A stretch of 53,087 nucleotides of DNA, from assembly GCA_030141605.1 (NCBI GenBank), contig JAQGDQ010001238.1, positions 1-53,087 of the forward strand, given 5' to 3'. Position numbers and translations under genes: made by a program. Under the pieces are notes generated by a model that did no database searches, had not been told where the DNA came from, and saw only the letters and a program-made list of their open reading frames with translations. This document shows, piece by piece, positions 38,759 to 50,137 of the stretch (the stretch's first letter is position 1; each line of letters opens with the position of its first letter). This stretch comes from Tubiluchus corallicola. Its lineage: Eukaryota; Animalia; Priapulida.

Positions 38759-38953
38759 AAAGCGACGTTTCTGTTGAATTCAAAGTGCTAGACAACGTGA
38801 AAGACTTTGACAACTACCTGAACGACATTGTTGAAACGGCAGCCGATAAAGACAAAAGAATGAGTAAGCTGATAGACGGCGATGAAGACGACGGATTGAC
38901 TGAAAGCGAGAATGAACCTGTGCCTCGAGACAACGAGGATGATGAGGATGAGG
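38759..38953 (+). CDS. OS9: OS-9 exon 8 (acidic)
   Basis: cag|(E)SDVSVEFKVLDNVKDFDNYLNDIV..DNEDDEDE|gtgggt; 195 nt, phase 1-1. Confidence 0.8.
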
Positions 38954-39021
38954 GTGGGTGTTACAGAGAGACTTTTCTTAATTCACAAAAATCAGGAAAT
39001 GTCAGTTAACAAGCTCTAGTC

Positions 39022-39523
39022 CAGGGGTGTGCAAATTGGCGGCCCGTGGGCCACTTCCGCCCCGCCGAGAGAATTTGTGCGGCCCGCGAAGAGGTTTGTC
39101 AACCTAATGAAAGTGCGGCCCGGGCGATTAATTGAGTGTATCCAGCTGAAGTCCGTGCCACGATCCCAAAGATAGTGCGGGTAGTTTTTTCTACTAGATC
39201 GGATGCCATTAACCCTTACAAGACGGTTGTAGCTTAATAACACTGTACTACACAGACTGTGTGATACACATTACTAATATGCATTGTAATGAAATTACCA
39301 CTATCTGTCCTGAAAGTAGAAATATATGGTTTTTAATATAAATTTTAATAACTTCTAAAATAGTTTCTTGAGTGTAGTAGTAATGATGTACGCAGGTCGG
39401 ATGCAAAAAAAATCGTTATTAGGCCTTTCTGTACTTGGCTCCTTGATCAAACTGCCTGTGACCCACAGGAATTGCGGGAAAGTTTAATGTGGCCCGGCTA
39501 GTCAGATAATTTGCACACCCCTA
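39022..39523. mobile_element. hAT-type MITE (copy 2, orientation B)
   Basis: Same TIRs; reverse complement of copies 1 and 3. Confidence 0.85.
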
Positions 39524-39555
39524 GTGTATGACACGCTTTCCTTTATAGTTTTGTT

Positions 39556-40054
39556 TCAGTTATTGATCACACTGATGGAGCTGCAGCGTCGACTGTGGCT
39601 GAGCAGTCCGATTCCTGAACGTCTCCAGGGCCTGGGCACGCCTGGGCAAGGTGTATGGAGATCCTGAGTTGCCCAGACAACAGGAACCCCCTCTCTTCCT
39701 CCCTGGTGTAGTCCAAAGGAAAGCTGAGCGATACGTTTGGCACCAGGTTGGCTGCAGGAGCTGCCAGAGTCAGTGAGCATGCTGCACTGGTCCGCCTTCG
39801 GGGCTCCACTCCTGATTTGGAAGGTTTACTCCTCTACACATGGCCGTTGGGTCACTTGACCTCCTCCGCCCTCTAGCCGTTGGCTGCTTGTGCAGCTCCT
39901 CCGCCTAGTGTCGAGATACAGTGTGGGCATCCCACAAGCCTACAGCACCTGGTATTCCTAGGCGGCCACCCATCCAACTACTAGCCAGGCTCTATGTTGC
40001 TTAACTTCGATGATCAGACGAGAACCGGTGTTTTCAACGTGATTTGGCCGTAGT
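39556..40054 (-). mobile_element. 5S rRNA-derived SINE, nearly full length
   Basis: 5S-like head at 39936-40054; the 3' part translates ..SGIGLLSHSRRC.., like the RTE/BovB ORF end. Confidence 0.88.
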
Positions 40055-40161
40055 TCTTGTTTAATACCATATGCAATATCGTGTCTTGCTTTTGCAGTAT
40101 CATATAAAGGATTGTTCACTATGCTGCAAACTTTATTATTCAATGCTCGCTTGTTTTACAG

Positions 40162-40268
40162 ATATTGGAATGTTGAGCAAACTTCAGAGCACCAAGCAGG
40201 AACTGCTGACGATAAGACAGCAATTAAAACAGATGTTAAAAGATGAAGCTGCAGATGCGGAAGACATG
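40162..40268 (+). CDS. OS9: OS-9 exon 9
   Basis: cag|(D)IGMLSKLQSTKQELLTIRQQLKQMLKDEAADAEDM|gtatca; 107 nt, phase 1-0. Confidence 0.78.
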
Positions 40269-40290
40269 GTATCATCGGTTTAACTAACTT

Positions 40291-40700
40291 TGTGAAAGTC
40301 ATGTTTGAGGTTGTAGATAACTCACTTTGTAGAAAAGGAATAAACAACTATACTACATATTTGCACAAAACTGAAAAGCTTTTATTAGACTACATACACG
40401 TATGTAGAATGACTGCTACACTGAACACTGAGAACAAGAGTGTCCTGCACTGAACACTGAGAGTTAGACAGTAAGTAACATGAGTATCACGACTGCTGCA
40501 CTGAACACTGAGAGTGTGAGTGAGACAGTGACTAGAAAGTAAATCCAGTCACTATATATAGGTATAGGTGATTATGCAAACTTGGCTTCACAAAAACCAT
40601 TACTGTAAAATTATACTGGGGGTGAGTTTAGCTAGTAAAATGTAAAGGGATTAGTTAATAGATGGCAGCACCTAAAAAATATACAATTACAACTTCCACA
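40291..40700 (-). mobile_element. Solo-LTR-like element (copy 1)
   Basis: Minus strand begins TGTGGAAGTT and ends GACTTTCACA; homologous to 47476-48072; no TSD seen. Confidence 0.5.
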
Positions 40701-41149
40701 TTTAGATTGTTGCCATCTTCAAGTACAGCAGATGCCTCTTAATAGACTCACTTTGGGACGGAAGTATTTTGACCCAATTAACCGACTGATTCAGTTAGCC
40801 GATGCGTGTAGCCTTTACTTTAGAAGTACGAGTCATGACTCATCACATTAGCAATGAATTTTAGAAACGAATCAATGTCAAAAATACCTATGTGTAATTA
40901 TTTAAGAAGCATAATTTATATAAGTGGATTAATAAAAAAAGAAAAAAAATTGCACAAATCTGATTGTTACCGCTAAAAATTACAAAATTCATGCAAGGTC
41001 GGTTGGTTTATGAAATTCTCGTACTGATAATAATGTTGATAATTTGTTGCTACATGGTATACATGTTCACGCAAAATGCCAAGTCACCTAGTGCTTGAGC
41101 TGCAGTGACCTTTTTTCCTCTGTGAACAGCAGCGAGAACTTCAAAAGCA

Positions 41150-41315
41150 AACCACTGGTCAAGTGATTAAATGTTTAGCTTCCAGAAACAACGAGGTTAA
41201 CTGCAGTGGACAAGCGGGTGACAGATTCTGAGCAGAACCACTGGTCAAGTGATTAAATGTTTAGGTTCCAGAAACGGGGGTTAACTGCAGTGGACCAGCA
41301 GGTGGCAGATTCAAA
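41150..41315. repeat. ~87-bp direct tandem duplication
   Basis: AACCACTGGTCAAGTGATTAAATGTTTAG..GTTAACTGCAGTGGAC occurs twice. Confidence 0.8.
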
Positions 41316-41340
41316 TCAAAAGCCCTGTGTTAGCGTATTA

Positions 41341-41441
41341 GGTTGGTTGGCATCCTTCTGTCTCGGAAGACAATGGAGTGTGCGCCAAGAGAGTCAGTTA
41401 TTGATCACATTGAACGAGCTGCAGCATCGACTGTGGCTGAG
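41341..41441 (-). mobile_element. SINE3 3' tail-only fragment
   Basis: Matches 34883-34977; short (CCAA)n end. Confidence 0.75.
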
Positions 41442-41838
41442 TAATCAATTGATACAAACTGTTAATTAATAAGTGATTAAATCCAGATATAAAGCCAGAG
41501 ACAGTCTTTCAAATTTTGTTTTCAAAATACCTTGTGATCACTTATTCATAAAAATAAATGGCAAAAGTTAGAGAAAAACGCAGTAAAAAAAAACAGCTAG
41601 TTGGTCCATGATCAATAGTTGCTAAAAAAACGTTAAAAATGCTAAAAATGCTAAATCCAGGAGCAGCATAAACCCGGCGTTCTTATTTAAGTGATCAATT
41701 AGTAGTCGATTGATTAACAATAAACAGTCAATTTTCATTTGCCTCTGCAATTGCGAATTCTCAATCTCGGGGGGGGGGGGTGAGAGAAAATCACCGTACT
41801 GCGTACAGAAATTCTAACAATCTTTAATCGGTATACAA

Positions 41839-42338
41839 CAGGGGTGTGCAAATTCTCTGACTAGCCGGGCCACATTAAACTTTCCCGCAATTCCCGCGGG
41901 CCACAGGCAGTTTGATCAAGGAGCCAAGTACAGAAAGGCCTAATAACGATTTTTTTGCATCCGACCTGCGTACATCATTACTACTACACTCAAGAAATTA
42001 TTTTAGAAGTTATTAAAATTTATATTACAAACCAGATATCTCTACTTTCAGGACAGATAGTGGTAATTTCATTACAATGCATATTAGTAATGTGTATCAC
42101 ACAGTCTGTGTAGTACAGTGACATTAAGCTACAACCGTCTTGTAAGGGTTAATGGCATCCGATCTAGTAGAAAAAACTAATCGCACTATCTTTGGGTTCG
42201 TGGCACGGACTTCAGCTGGATACACTCAGTTAATCGCCCGGGCCGCACTTTCATTAGGTTGACAAATCTCTTCGCGGGCCCCACAAATTCTCTTGGTGGG
42301 CCGTAAGTGGCCCGCGGGCCACAATTTGCACACCCCTG
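41839..42338. mobile_element. hAT-type MITE (copy 3, orientation A)
   Basis: TIR CAGGGGTGTGCAAATT / AATTTGCACACCCCTG. Confidence 0.87.
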
Positions 42339-42541
42339 GTATCAGTAAAAGTGTTGAAATGCATAAATTTTTCGAATAGTAGCCCTAAAATGAGACTGCT
42401 GACCCGTGGCTCATTTATTTTTTATTTTATTGTCCTAAGACTTCCTAAGTACGTTTCTAAGTACTTAATTTATTAGTCGCATAAGTAAGAAATATTGCAT
42501 TTCTAACGGATGTAATTTTGCGAGTTTGGACTTTTATACAG

Positions 42542-42667
42542 GAACCAGATACGGATGAGCAACTGGTAGATGAACTAAATAAAAAGGAGAACTTCGCTGA
42601 GCTAGCTACTACTTTAAATCTGTTGTTGAAGCGTTTAGACAAAGTGTACAGTGACCATGCAGACATC
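42542..42667 (+). CDS. OS9: OS-9 exon 10
   Basis: cag|EPDTDEQLVDELNKKENFAELATTLNLLLKRLDKVYSDHADI|gtaagt; resembles human LTSTLNKLIKRLEE; 126 nt, phase 0-0. Confidence 0.88.
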
Positions 42668-42879
42668 GTAAGTTAGAATTTTTACTGTTATTTTGCGCAT
42701 TATTTTTATTCAACTAGTTAAACCGGTATGTACTGCTGTATTATTAAATGTACTTACTGTAAAGTTTTGGAATTTTGAGTGTACAGCAACACTTAGCATC
42801 AGTGATGGTAAGAATTTGCTACATATCTGTTGTATAGCTGTAAAAATTTATCCAGCATTGGATTTAGCTGTGTTTGCAA

Positions 42880-43131
42880 TTATATGTGTATGTATTTATA
42901 TGTGTATGTATATGTGTATTTATGTATATGTGTATGTATTTATGTGTATATATTTATATGTATATGTGTATGTATTTATATGTGTATGTATATGTGTATG
43001 TATTTATATGTGTATGTATTTATATGTGTATGTATATGTGTATGTATTTATATGTGTATGCATATGTGTATGTATTTATATGTGTATGTATATGTGTATG
43101 TATATGTGTATGTATTTATATGTATATGTAT
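42880..43131. repeat. Degenerate (TGTA/TATG)n microsatellite
   Basis: Direct reading. Confidence 0.9.
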
Positions 43132-43263
43132 TGTGAGGAGCAAAAATTCCTCAGAATTTATTAATTGGAGCTGTCTCCTCTTTGCTCCACCTCAACTGCA
43201 CCCCTGGTATAAATTGAAATACATAAATTACCATTCTTGTGAGAATATAGATGAATTTTTCAG

Positions 43264-43411
43264 TCGAATAAAGCTACCAATTTTATGCGACAGGTTCAAC
43301 AAGGTGATGATGGAGAGACTGACGAGATTTATGCAGATGAGGATGAGCCAGATTACTATGGCGATGATGAACTTGACATAATGGACGAAGATGCTGATGA
43401 AGATGTCGTTG
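43264..43411 (+). CDS. OS9: OS-9 exon 11 (Asp/Glu-rich)
   Basis: tttttcag|SNKATNFMRQVQQGDDGETDEIYADEDEPDYYGDDELDIMDEDADEDVV|gtaatt; 148 nt, phase 0-1; alternative in-frame acceptor at 43294. Confidence 0.72.
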
Positions 43412-43617
43412 GTAATTGCTTTGTAACTTTAAGCTTTTCTTTTCAACACATCACTTGAGTCAGCTTAATATTTTGTATACTCTTAAGCCGCAGCAACCTG
43501 GGTAATCATCATTTAACTCTTTGAATTAAGTTTCGTCGTCTCTCACCTGAGAGATAAAGCGGATGTGCTTGGACAAAAGAGAAGCACAAACAACCGAAAT
43601 CATTTCAACATGTACAG

Positions 43618-44039
43618 ATTCAATTCAATTCAATTTCAATTTATTTATCTCTTTATAGTGTTCAATAAAACATGATTAATAAAAGAATCTCTAATAAGTT
43701 TTGAAAAATGGTTAAAATGTATAGATGGATCTAGAACTAGACAAAGGATAGCGAAAAGACTATAAAGTCACCTAGTCTGCTATCCTTTACCAAATATTTT
43801 TTTAGATACTGGTGGGCATTAATGTTATCAGTTTAATTTAGGAAACTTTAATAATTTTAAAATTATGACATTTTCTATATAATCCAGAGAAAAGAATATA
43901 CATGTACTTTAATTAGCGGGCAACAAAATAATGTCAATCTTGATTAAACTAAAAATAGCATTTAGATTTTATGTGAAATACAGGTCAAAATTGTTATGAA
44001 ATGATAAAAACACTTTGGGTTAATAATGCAATTAATCAA
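43618..44039 (-). mobile_element. ~420-bp CR1-tail-like element with (TTGAA)n tail (copy 2)
   Basis: Near-identical to 30062-30503 with the same distal boundary. Confidence 0.6.
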
Positions 44040-45056
44040 CAACAGGAGTTAAATACATTTTGATTTGAGTGCAACTTCATTATTTCTAGGCTTATTGATT
44101 AAGAACAAATCTACTGACTTGGACAATAATACTAAATAATATAATTCTCAATATACTGATAAATTTTAAGTACAGAGTAAATGTACAAGTGAGAGACAAA
44201 AAGAGGCATCATTCACCATGTTTACTCTGTTTACAAATAATAATATGGGAAAGAGCCATTATACATATAATTCTCCTATGTATGTACTATCGTTTGTTTA
44301 GAAAGTATTAGTTCTTTGAAAGCAATTTCTGTAACTTATAGGATTCTTGAACTTTTGTGGAAGTAATGCTAGCTAGTTGTTTAAGCAAAAACTACAATCG
44401 CTTCCATGTGAATCAATGTAGCTGTGTGTAACCTATGCATATTATTTCATATTTATTCATATTTCATAATTATTTGCGATGTTTCTTATGCAATTTTTGT
44501 GTGTTTGCATAGCTGGTGCATCTAGTGTTTCATCTCAATATAAAAGAAATGTCGGACCCAGTAGCTCGTAGAGAAATCAAATCCAGAAATTGAAAGTGAA
44601 ATATTGTTCTTTAAGAATAGCTTATGTGAAAGAATTATTACATCAAAAACCTAATTTTGCCTTGCTGCGGCTAATTCTTCGCTGTTACGTGCAATTCGCC
44701 ATTTGCTAGTTAAATGGGTGCCAGTACTTGCATCTCGGAAATACATTGCACAAAAAACAGGTGCTGTACTTCTCAGTTCAGACGTGTTCAGTTGTGACGT
44801 AGTGCACATATTTGAGAGTTCATGCGTGAGCACAGCAGTAAACTTGAAATTTTATGTTTTTATGAATCATACTGAATTTCGTACAGTTCCGCACTTCAAT
44901 ATTCCCTTTCCCAAACATGTGCAATGCACTCTGGGAATTTTTGTGCTGTTGAAAATCATGTTCAGTTATGACGTCATCACTAACTTTGCTCGCTGGCCGT
45001 TAATTAAGTTTCTAACCTGTTATTTAATTATCGAAATCACTTTGACATTATTATAG

Positions 45057-47108
45057 CGTATACTTTTTACTATACTTCAAAGTGAGGTAGGATATGATCA
45101 ACGGTATACTTTTCGCTATACTTCAAAGTGAGGTAGGATATGATAAACTGTATACTTTTTACTATACTTCAAAGTGAGGTAGGATATGATAAACCGTATA
45201 CTTTTTACTATACTTCAAAGTGAGGTAGGATATGATCAACGGTATACTTTTTACTTTACTTCAAAGTGAGGTAGGATATGATAAACTGTATACTTTTTAC
45301 CCTACTTCAAAGTGAGGTAGGATATGATAAACTGTATACTTTTTACTATACTTCAAAGTGAGGTAGGATATGATAAACCGTATACTTTTTACTATACTTC
45401 AAAGTGAGGTAGGATATGATCAACGGTATACTTTTTACTTTACTTCAAAGTGAGGTAGGATATGATAAACTGTATACTTTTTACCCTACTTCAAAGTGAG
45501 GTAGGATATGATAAACTGTATACTTTTTACTATACTTCAAAGTGAGGTAGGATATGATAAACTGTATACTTTTTACTATACTTCAAAGTGAGGTAGGATA
45601 TGATAAACTGTATACTTTTTACTATACTTCAAAGCGAGGTAGGATATGATAAACTGTATACTTTTTACTTTACTTCAAAGTGAGGTAGGATATGATAAAC
45701 TGTATACTTCAAAGTGAGGTAGGATATGATAAACCGTATACTTTTTACTTTACTTCAAAGTGAGGTAGGATATGATAAACTGTATACTTTTTACTATACT
45801 TCAAAGTGAGGTAGGATATGATAAACTGTATACTTTTTACTATACTTCAAAGTGAGGTAGGATATGTTAAACTGTATACTTTTTACTATACTTCAAAGCG
45901 AGGTAGGATATGATAAACTGTATACTTTTTACTATACTTCAAAGCGAGGTAGGATATGATAAACTGTATACTTTTTACTATAGTTCAAAGTGAGGTAGGT
46001 TATGATAAACTGTATACTTTTTACTATACTTCAAAGTGAGGTAGGATATGATAAACTGTATACTTTTTACTTTACTTCAAAGTGAGGTAGGATATGATAA
46101 ACTGTATACTTTTTACTATACTTCAAAGTGAGGTAGGATATGATAAACTGTATACTTTTTACTATACTTCAAAGTGAGGTAGGATATGATAAACTGTATA
46201 CTTTTTACTATACTTCAAAGTGAAGTAGGATATGATAAACTGTATACTTTTTACTATACTTCAAAGTGAGGTAGGATATGATAAACCGTATACTTTTTAC
46301 TATACTTCAAAGTGAAGTAGGATATGATAAACTGTATACTTTTTACTATACTTCAAAGTGAGGTAGGATATGATAAACCGTATACTTTTTACTATACTTC
46401 AAAGTGAGGTAGGATATGATAAACCGTATACTTTTTACTATACTTCAAAGTGAGGTAGGATATGATAAACCGTATACTTTTTACTATACTTCAAAGTGAG
46501 GTATGATATGATAAACTGTATACTTTTTACTATACTTCAAAGTGAGGTAGGATATGATAAACCGTATACTTTTTACTATACTTCAAAGTGAGGTAGGATA
46601 TGATAAACTTTATACTTTTTACTATACTTCAAAGTGAGGTAGGATATGATAAACCGTATACTTTTTACTTTACTTCAAAGTGAGGTAGGATATGATAAAC
46701 TTTATACTTTTTACTTTACTTCAAAGTGAGGTAGGATATGATAAACTGTATACTTTTTACTATACTTCAAAGTGAGGTAGGATATGATAAACCGTATACT
46801 TTTTACTATACTTCAAAGTGAGGTAGGATATGATAAACTTTATACTTTTTACTATACTTCAAAGTGAGGTAGGATATGATAAACCGTATACTTTTTACTT
46901 TACTTCAAAGTGAGGTAGGATATGATAAACTTTATACTTTTTACTTTACTTCAAAGTGAGGTAGGATATGATAAACCGTATACTTTTTACTTTACTTCAA
47001 AGTGAGGTAGGATATGATAAACTTTATACTTTTTACTTTACTTCAAAGTGAGGTAGGATATGATAAACTTTATACTTTTTACTTTACTTCAAAGTGAGGT
47101 AGGATATG
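45057..47108. repeat. 46-bp satellite, about 45 copies
   Basis: Unit CTTCAAAGTGAGGTAGGATATGATAAACTGTATACTTTTTACTATA. Confidence 0.96.
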
Positions 47109-47228
47109 AAAAGTCACCCTGTTTTCCTTTAATAGGTTTAGAATCTACTTAAATTTTTAAAGCAAGAAATAACGCTGAACTACAAATCAGTTATTTTTTT
47201 AGTAAAAGAACTACAAAAATTTTTTTAG

Positions 47229-47387
47229 TAAAAGACGAAGACTATCAAGGACTGATTGCCGAGGAAGGAGAAAAGTGGGATGGAGGCTTCGCATCAGTTG
47301 CCGGGCAACCAGATTCCGATGCCACTGCTTTTGATGGCGATGAGTTAGCTGAGTCTCCAGGTGATGATGTTACTGCAGATGAGCCTG
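47229..47387 (+). CDS. OS9: OS-9 exon 12
   Basis: tag|(V)KDEDYQGLIAEEGEKWDGGFASVAGQPDSDATAFDGDELAESPGDDVTADEP|gtgagt; 159 nt, phase 1-1. Confidence 0.78.
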
Positions 47388-47475
47388 GTGAGTATTTTGT
47401 TACTTTTCTGTGATTCATGAAGAATATTTGTTTGCGTTTGTTGAGTAGTTGTACTTCGAATGTCTTTGAACCATG

Positions 47476-48072
47476 TGTGGAAGTTGGAATTGTACATTGT
47501 AGTTAGGTGCTGCCATCTATGTGCTGATCTTGTTACATTCTACCAGCTGACTTACCTTCAGTATAATTGTATGGTCCAGTGACTACATGCACACTGGTTC
47601 TCTCCCTATCTAAAATTAATGGTTGTTGTGAAGCCTGTGCAACTCTGCATAGGTCAAGTTTATTGTACATAGTAGTTAGGTGCTGCCATCTATGTGCTAA
47701 TCTTGTTACATTCTACCAGCTGACTTACCTTCAGTATAATTGTATGGTCTAGTGACTACATACACAATGGTCCTCTCCCTATCTAAAATTAATGGTTGTT
47801 GTGAAGCCTGTGCAACTCTGCATAGGTCAAGTTCTATACCTGTATACTGGCTGTGAAACAGGTTTTACTGACTGTTTCTTGCTTTCTAGTTTTTGCTCAA
47901 TGTTCAGTGCAGCAGTTTTGCTACTCGTGTTTTCTGTAGTTTAATAAACACTTTTCTGTTGTGTGCAGTGCAAATATTTATTATAGATTTTTGGTTCCTA
48001 TTCATACTTCTCTGTGTCTAAACTCAATCATAACAAAGTGACTGAACAACAACTTCAAAAATGACTTTCACA
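47476..48072 (+). mobile_element. Solo-LTR-like element (copy 2) with internal 173-bp tandem duplication
   Basis: TGTGGAAGT..ACTTTCACA ends, AATAAA near 47943, flanks CCATG/CCCTG (4 of 5 match, possible TSD). Confidence 0.55.
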
Positions 48073-48117
48073 CCCTGGGTTGAAATGTGGCAGTTTCGTT
48101 TCATTTCTGTATCTGAC

Positions 48118-48652
48118 GTCATTGCGTTATCTTATGTTATGTATCATGTCATTACGTTATCTTACATTATGTATCTTGTCATTGCGTTATCTTACGTTAT
48201 GTATCGTGTCATTGCGTTATCTTACGTTATGTATCTTGTCATTGCATTATCTTACGTTATGTATCGTGTCATTGCGTTATCTTACGTTATGTATCTTGTC
48301 ATTGCGTTATCTTATGTTATGTATCATGTCATTGCGTTATCTTACGTTATGTATCTTGTCATTGCGTTATCTTACGCTATGTATCACGTCATAGCGTTAT
48401 CTTACGTTATGTATCTTGTCATTGCGTTATCTTACGTTATGTATCTTGTCATTGCGTTATCTTACGTTATGTATCTTGTCATTGCGTTATCTTACGTTAT
48501 GTATCTTGCCATTGCGTTATCTTACGTTATGTATCTTGTCATTGTGTTATCTTACGTTATGTATCTTGCCATTGCGTTATCTTACGTTATGTATCTTGTC
48601 ATTGCGTTATCTTACGTTATGTATCTTGTCATTGCGTTATCTTACGTTATCT
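48118..48652. repeat. 30-bp minisatellite A, about 18 copies
   Basis: Unit GTCATTGCGTTATCTTACGTTATGTATCTT. Confidence 0.95.
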
Positions 48653-48687
48653 TATAAAATTTCTTATATTAAATCAAGTTGGGTTTT

Positions 48688-48762
48688 AATGAGTCGGTGA
48701 GACTTAAAGGGAAAGTCTACAAAGAAGTGGTCAGACCCGCTCAAATCTATGGGCTGGAAGCA
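48688..48762 (+). mobile_element. Short internal fragment of the bipartite RTE family
   Basis: AATGAGTCGGTGAGACTTAAAGGGAAAGTC..GGGCTGGAAGCA. Confidence 0.7.
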
Positions 48763-49205
48763 TTCAAATGCTATGAAACTACCAAAGTATGTTAGATAAC
48801 CTTGGCCGTTTAAGCAGGTGAGTGGGAGATGGATAAATAAAAAATTTTTCTTTAAATATTTTACAAGATCTGGATGCAGTGAATGTTTGGTACAGTAGGT
48901 GACACAGAAATCCAAAACTGTTTGTTGAAGTGACTGACCGACTAGGAGAAGTAGACATCGAAAAAATGTGGTAACAGTTTCACATAAAATTGAAAAACAT
49001 TAAGCAAAGGAACACGACAGATAAATACTAGAGAGAGAAAAGTGGATGTGATAAAATGGTTTTACGATAAAATGGATATGATTTTCACTCCCTGTAGATA
49101 ACGCAGCAGTTCAGCAGTGGTCTCAGCCACTGCAAGATCTATCCCTAAGCAAATGCCATTTTTGCTGTTGGTTAATCGTTTAGTGAGCAGAGTCAATGCC
49201 TATGG

Positions 49206-49706
49206 CAGGGGTGTGCAAATTGCGGCCCGCAGGCCACTTGTGGCCCGCCGAGAGAATTTGTGCGGCCCGCGAAGAGATTTGTCAACCTAATGAAAGTGCG
49301 GCCCGGGCGATTAATTGAGTGTATCCAGCTGAAGTCCGTGCCACGATCCCAAAGATAGTGCGGGTAGTTTTTTCTACTAGATCGGATGCCATTAACCCTT
49401 ACAAGACGGTTGTAGCTTAATGTCACTGTGCTACACAGACTGTGTGATACATATTACTAATATACATTGTAACGAAATTACCACTATCTGTCCTGAAAGT
49501 AGAAATATATGGTTTGTAATATAAATTTTTATAACTTCTAAAATAGTTTTTTGAGTGTAGTAGTAATGATGTACGCAGGTCGGATGCAAAAAAAATCGTT
49601 ATTAGGCCTTTCTGTACTTGGCTCCTTGATCAAACTGCTTGTGGCCCGCAGGAATTGTGGGAAAGTTTAATGTGGCCCGGCTAGTCAGATAATTTGCACA
49701 CCCCTG
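49206..49706. mobile_element. hAT-type MITE (copy 4, orientation B)
   Basis: TIRs plus perfect 8-bp TSD GCCTATGG at 49198-49205 and 49707-49714, diagnostic of hAT. Confidence 0.92.
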
Positions 49707-49766
49707 GCCTATGGGATTCACGTAGAACTCTTGAAATAGCTGAAATGTTTTTGTCTTCCTTTACAG

Positions 49767-49955
49767 CAGGTACAGATGACATTAGTGGCGACGATCTTCT
49801 AAAACCGGATCTAGATAATATACAAGTGCGAGTGAGTCGGATCAGCAAGCGGGTGGAGCGGGTGCTAAAGCAGCAGGAAGATCAAAATGCTCAGGTGGAG
49901 AAACTGGAAAAAATGATCCAGGACCAACTGTTCAAGGCGGGGCTGGATACTGGAG
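49767..49955 (+). CDS. OS9: OS-9 exon 13
   Basis: cag|(A)GTDDISGDDLLKPDLDNIQVRVSRI..NAQVEKLEKMIQDQLFKAGLDTG|gtgaat; resembles human VRVRVTKL..PQLKQIEGLVKELLEREGL; CAGCAG tandem acceptor; 189 nt, phase 1-1. Confidence 0.88.
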
Positions 49956-50137
49956 GTGAATTTCGACTAAAATTTGTAGCAAAATGCTTTATAACTGGAA
50001 TCCTTTATTTTATGGTCTCTTAACCCTTTTGCTGGCAAATTTATGCATTTCTGATTTGAAAAATGGGAAAATAAAATTTTTGAAAATAGGCAGAATCATG
50101 TTTAAAAGTATATGAAGAATAAAAACATGTTTACTAT

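Noticed and set aside
48061-48700. 198-aa hydrophobic repeat ORF resembling a membrane protein
   Set aside because: Translation of 30-bp minisatellite A
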